Source of the DNA: Parcubacteria bacterium C7867-002
GTDB taxonomy: Bacteria > Patescibacteriota > Minisyncoccia > Phycocordibacterales > PALSA-1337
Length of the DNA: 45,470 bases
Direction of reading: 5' to 3'
NCBI GenBank assembly: GCA_001189105.1
Contig: LFCL01000020.1
Location: 1 to 45,470 of the forward strand
Shown here: piece by piece, positions 45,061 to 45,470 of the stretch
Position numbering within the stretch: position 1 is the first letter of the stretch
Layout of the letters: each line of letters opens with the position of its first letter
Made by a program: the position numbers and the translations under genes
The notes under the pieces: generated by a model
The model's database searches: none
What the model saw: the letters and a program-made list of their open reading frames with translations, nothing else
What the model was told of the DNA's origin: nothing

Positions 45061-45423
45061 CTACTTCTTCGAAACTTTTTTCGCAACTTTCTTTTTTGGA
45101 GTCGCAACACTCTTGAGAATATTCTTCCATTGACCCTTGAGTGTATCGGCAAACATTTGTAACTCGGCAGGAGCGACTTTGCCTGCGGTGACGTATGAGG
45201 CAAGGACTGAATCTATGATGTTGTGATACGCAGCTTCACTGACTTCTCCGGCTTCTTCGAGACGTTCGACAATTTCACCCTTCATCTTTATCATCCATCC
45301 CGCTGCTTTTTGACGATGAATCTTGCCAGCAGGACCAAAGAAATAATAGGTACTTGCAGCCAAGGCAGCAGCACCAGCTCCCAAGGCCATGAGTTTTGTA
45401 GTGGAAAATTCTTTTTTCTTCAT
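45061..45423 (-). CDS. hypothetical protein with N-terminal hydrophobic anchor (YtxH-like)
   Basis: GAGAAALAASTYYFFG followed by a helical domain and a Lys-rich tail. Confidence 0.75.
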   Translation of the reverse strand: MKKKEFSTTKLMALGAGAAALAASTYYFFGPAGKIHRQKAAGWMIKMKGEIVERLEEAGEVSEAAYHNIIDSVLASYVTAGKVAPAELQMFADTLKGQWKNILKSVATPKKKVAKKVSKK

Positions 45424-45470
45424 AGAGGTTAGTAGGTTATTCGTTCTGATAATTATCGCCCTTTCTAGTA

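Noticed and set aside
1..45470. Alternative genetic code (TGA=Gly, code 25)
   Set aside because: Conserved genes are uninterrupted under code 11 and TGA ends genes (e.g. rpsQ 17793, 1311)

Overview
Bacterial chromosomal window, standard code 11, most consistent with Patescibacteria/CPR (Parcubacteria-like). The assignment is an inference from the missing L30, the SD-poor ribosomal protein genes, the N-terminally extended S5 and S10, and the typical surface and pilin-like proteins. The backbone is the str-S10-spc ribosomal protein cluster (rpsL to secY, then adk and map). It is split into separately promoted blocks by inserts at about 5.1-8.4 kb, 12.9-15.3 kb, 19.1-31.4 kb and 35.7-35.9 kb. 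It is followed by ndk, a beta-CASP metallo-beta-lactamase, infC-rpmI-rplT, a cls-like PLD gene and smpB-ssrA (tmRNA). The most notable items are: (1) a promoter- and terminator-bounded three-way-junction small RNA convergent with a frameshifted RNase-toxin-like gene; (2) an AT-rich DCD/PUA-like reader fused to a PD-(D/E)XK nuclease; (3) a second free-standing ~137-nt multibranch ncRNA candidate; (4) three tandem membrane-anchored winged-helix genes; (5) inverted and direct copies of the tmRNA 3' end; (6) several long palindromic intergenic elements; (7) non-canonical EF-Tu switch I and S12 loop sequences; (8) widespread near-leaderless promoters. All calls come from reading the sequence by eye; no searches were run.
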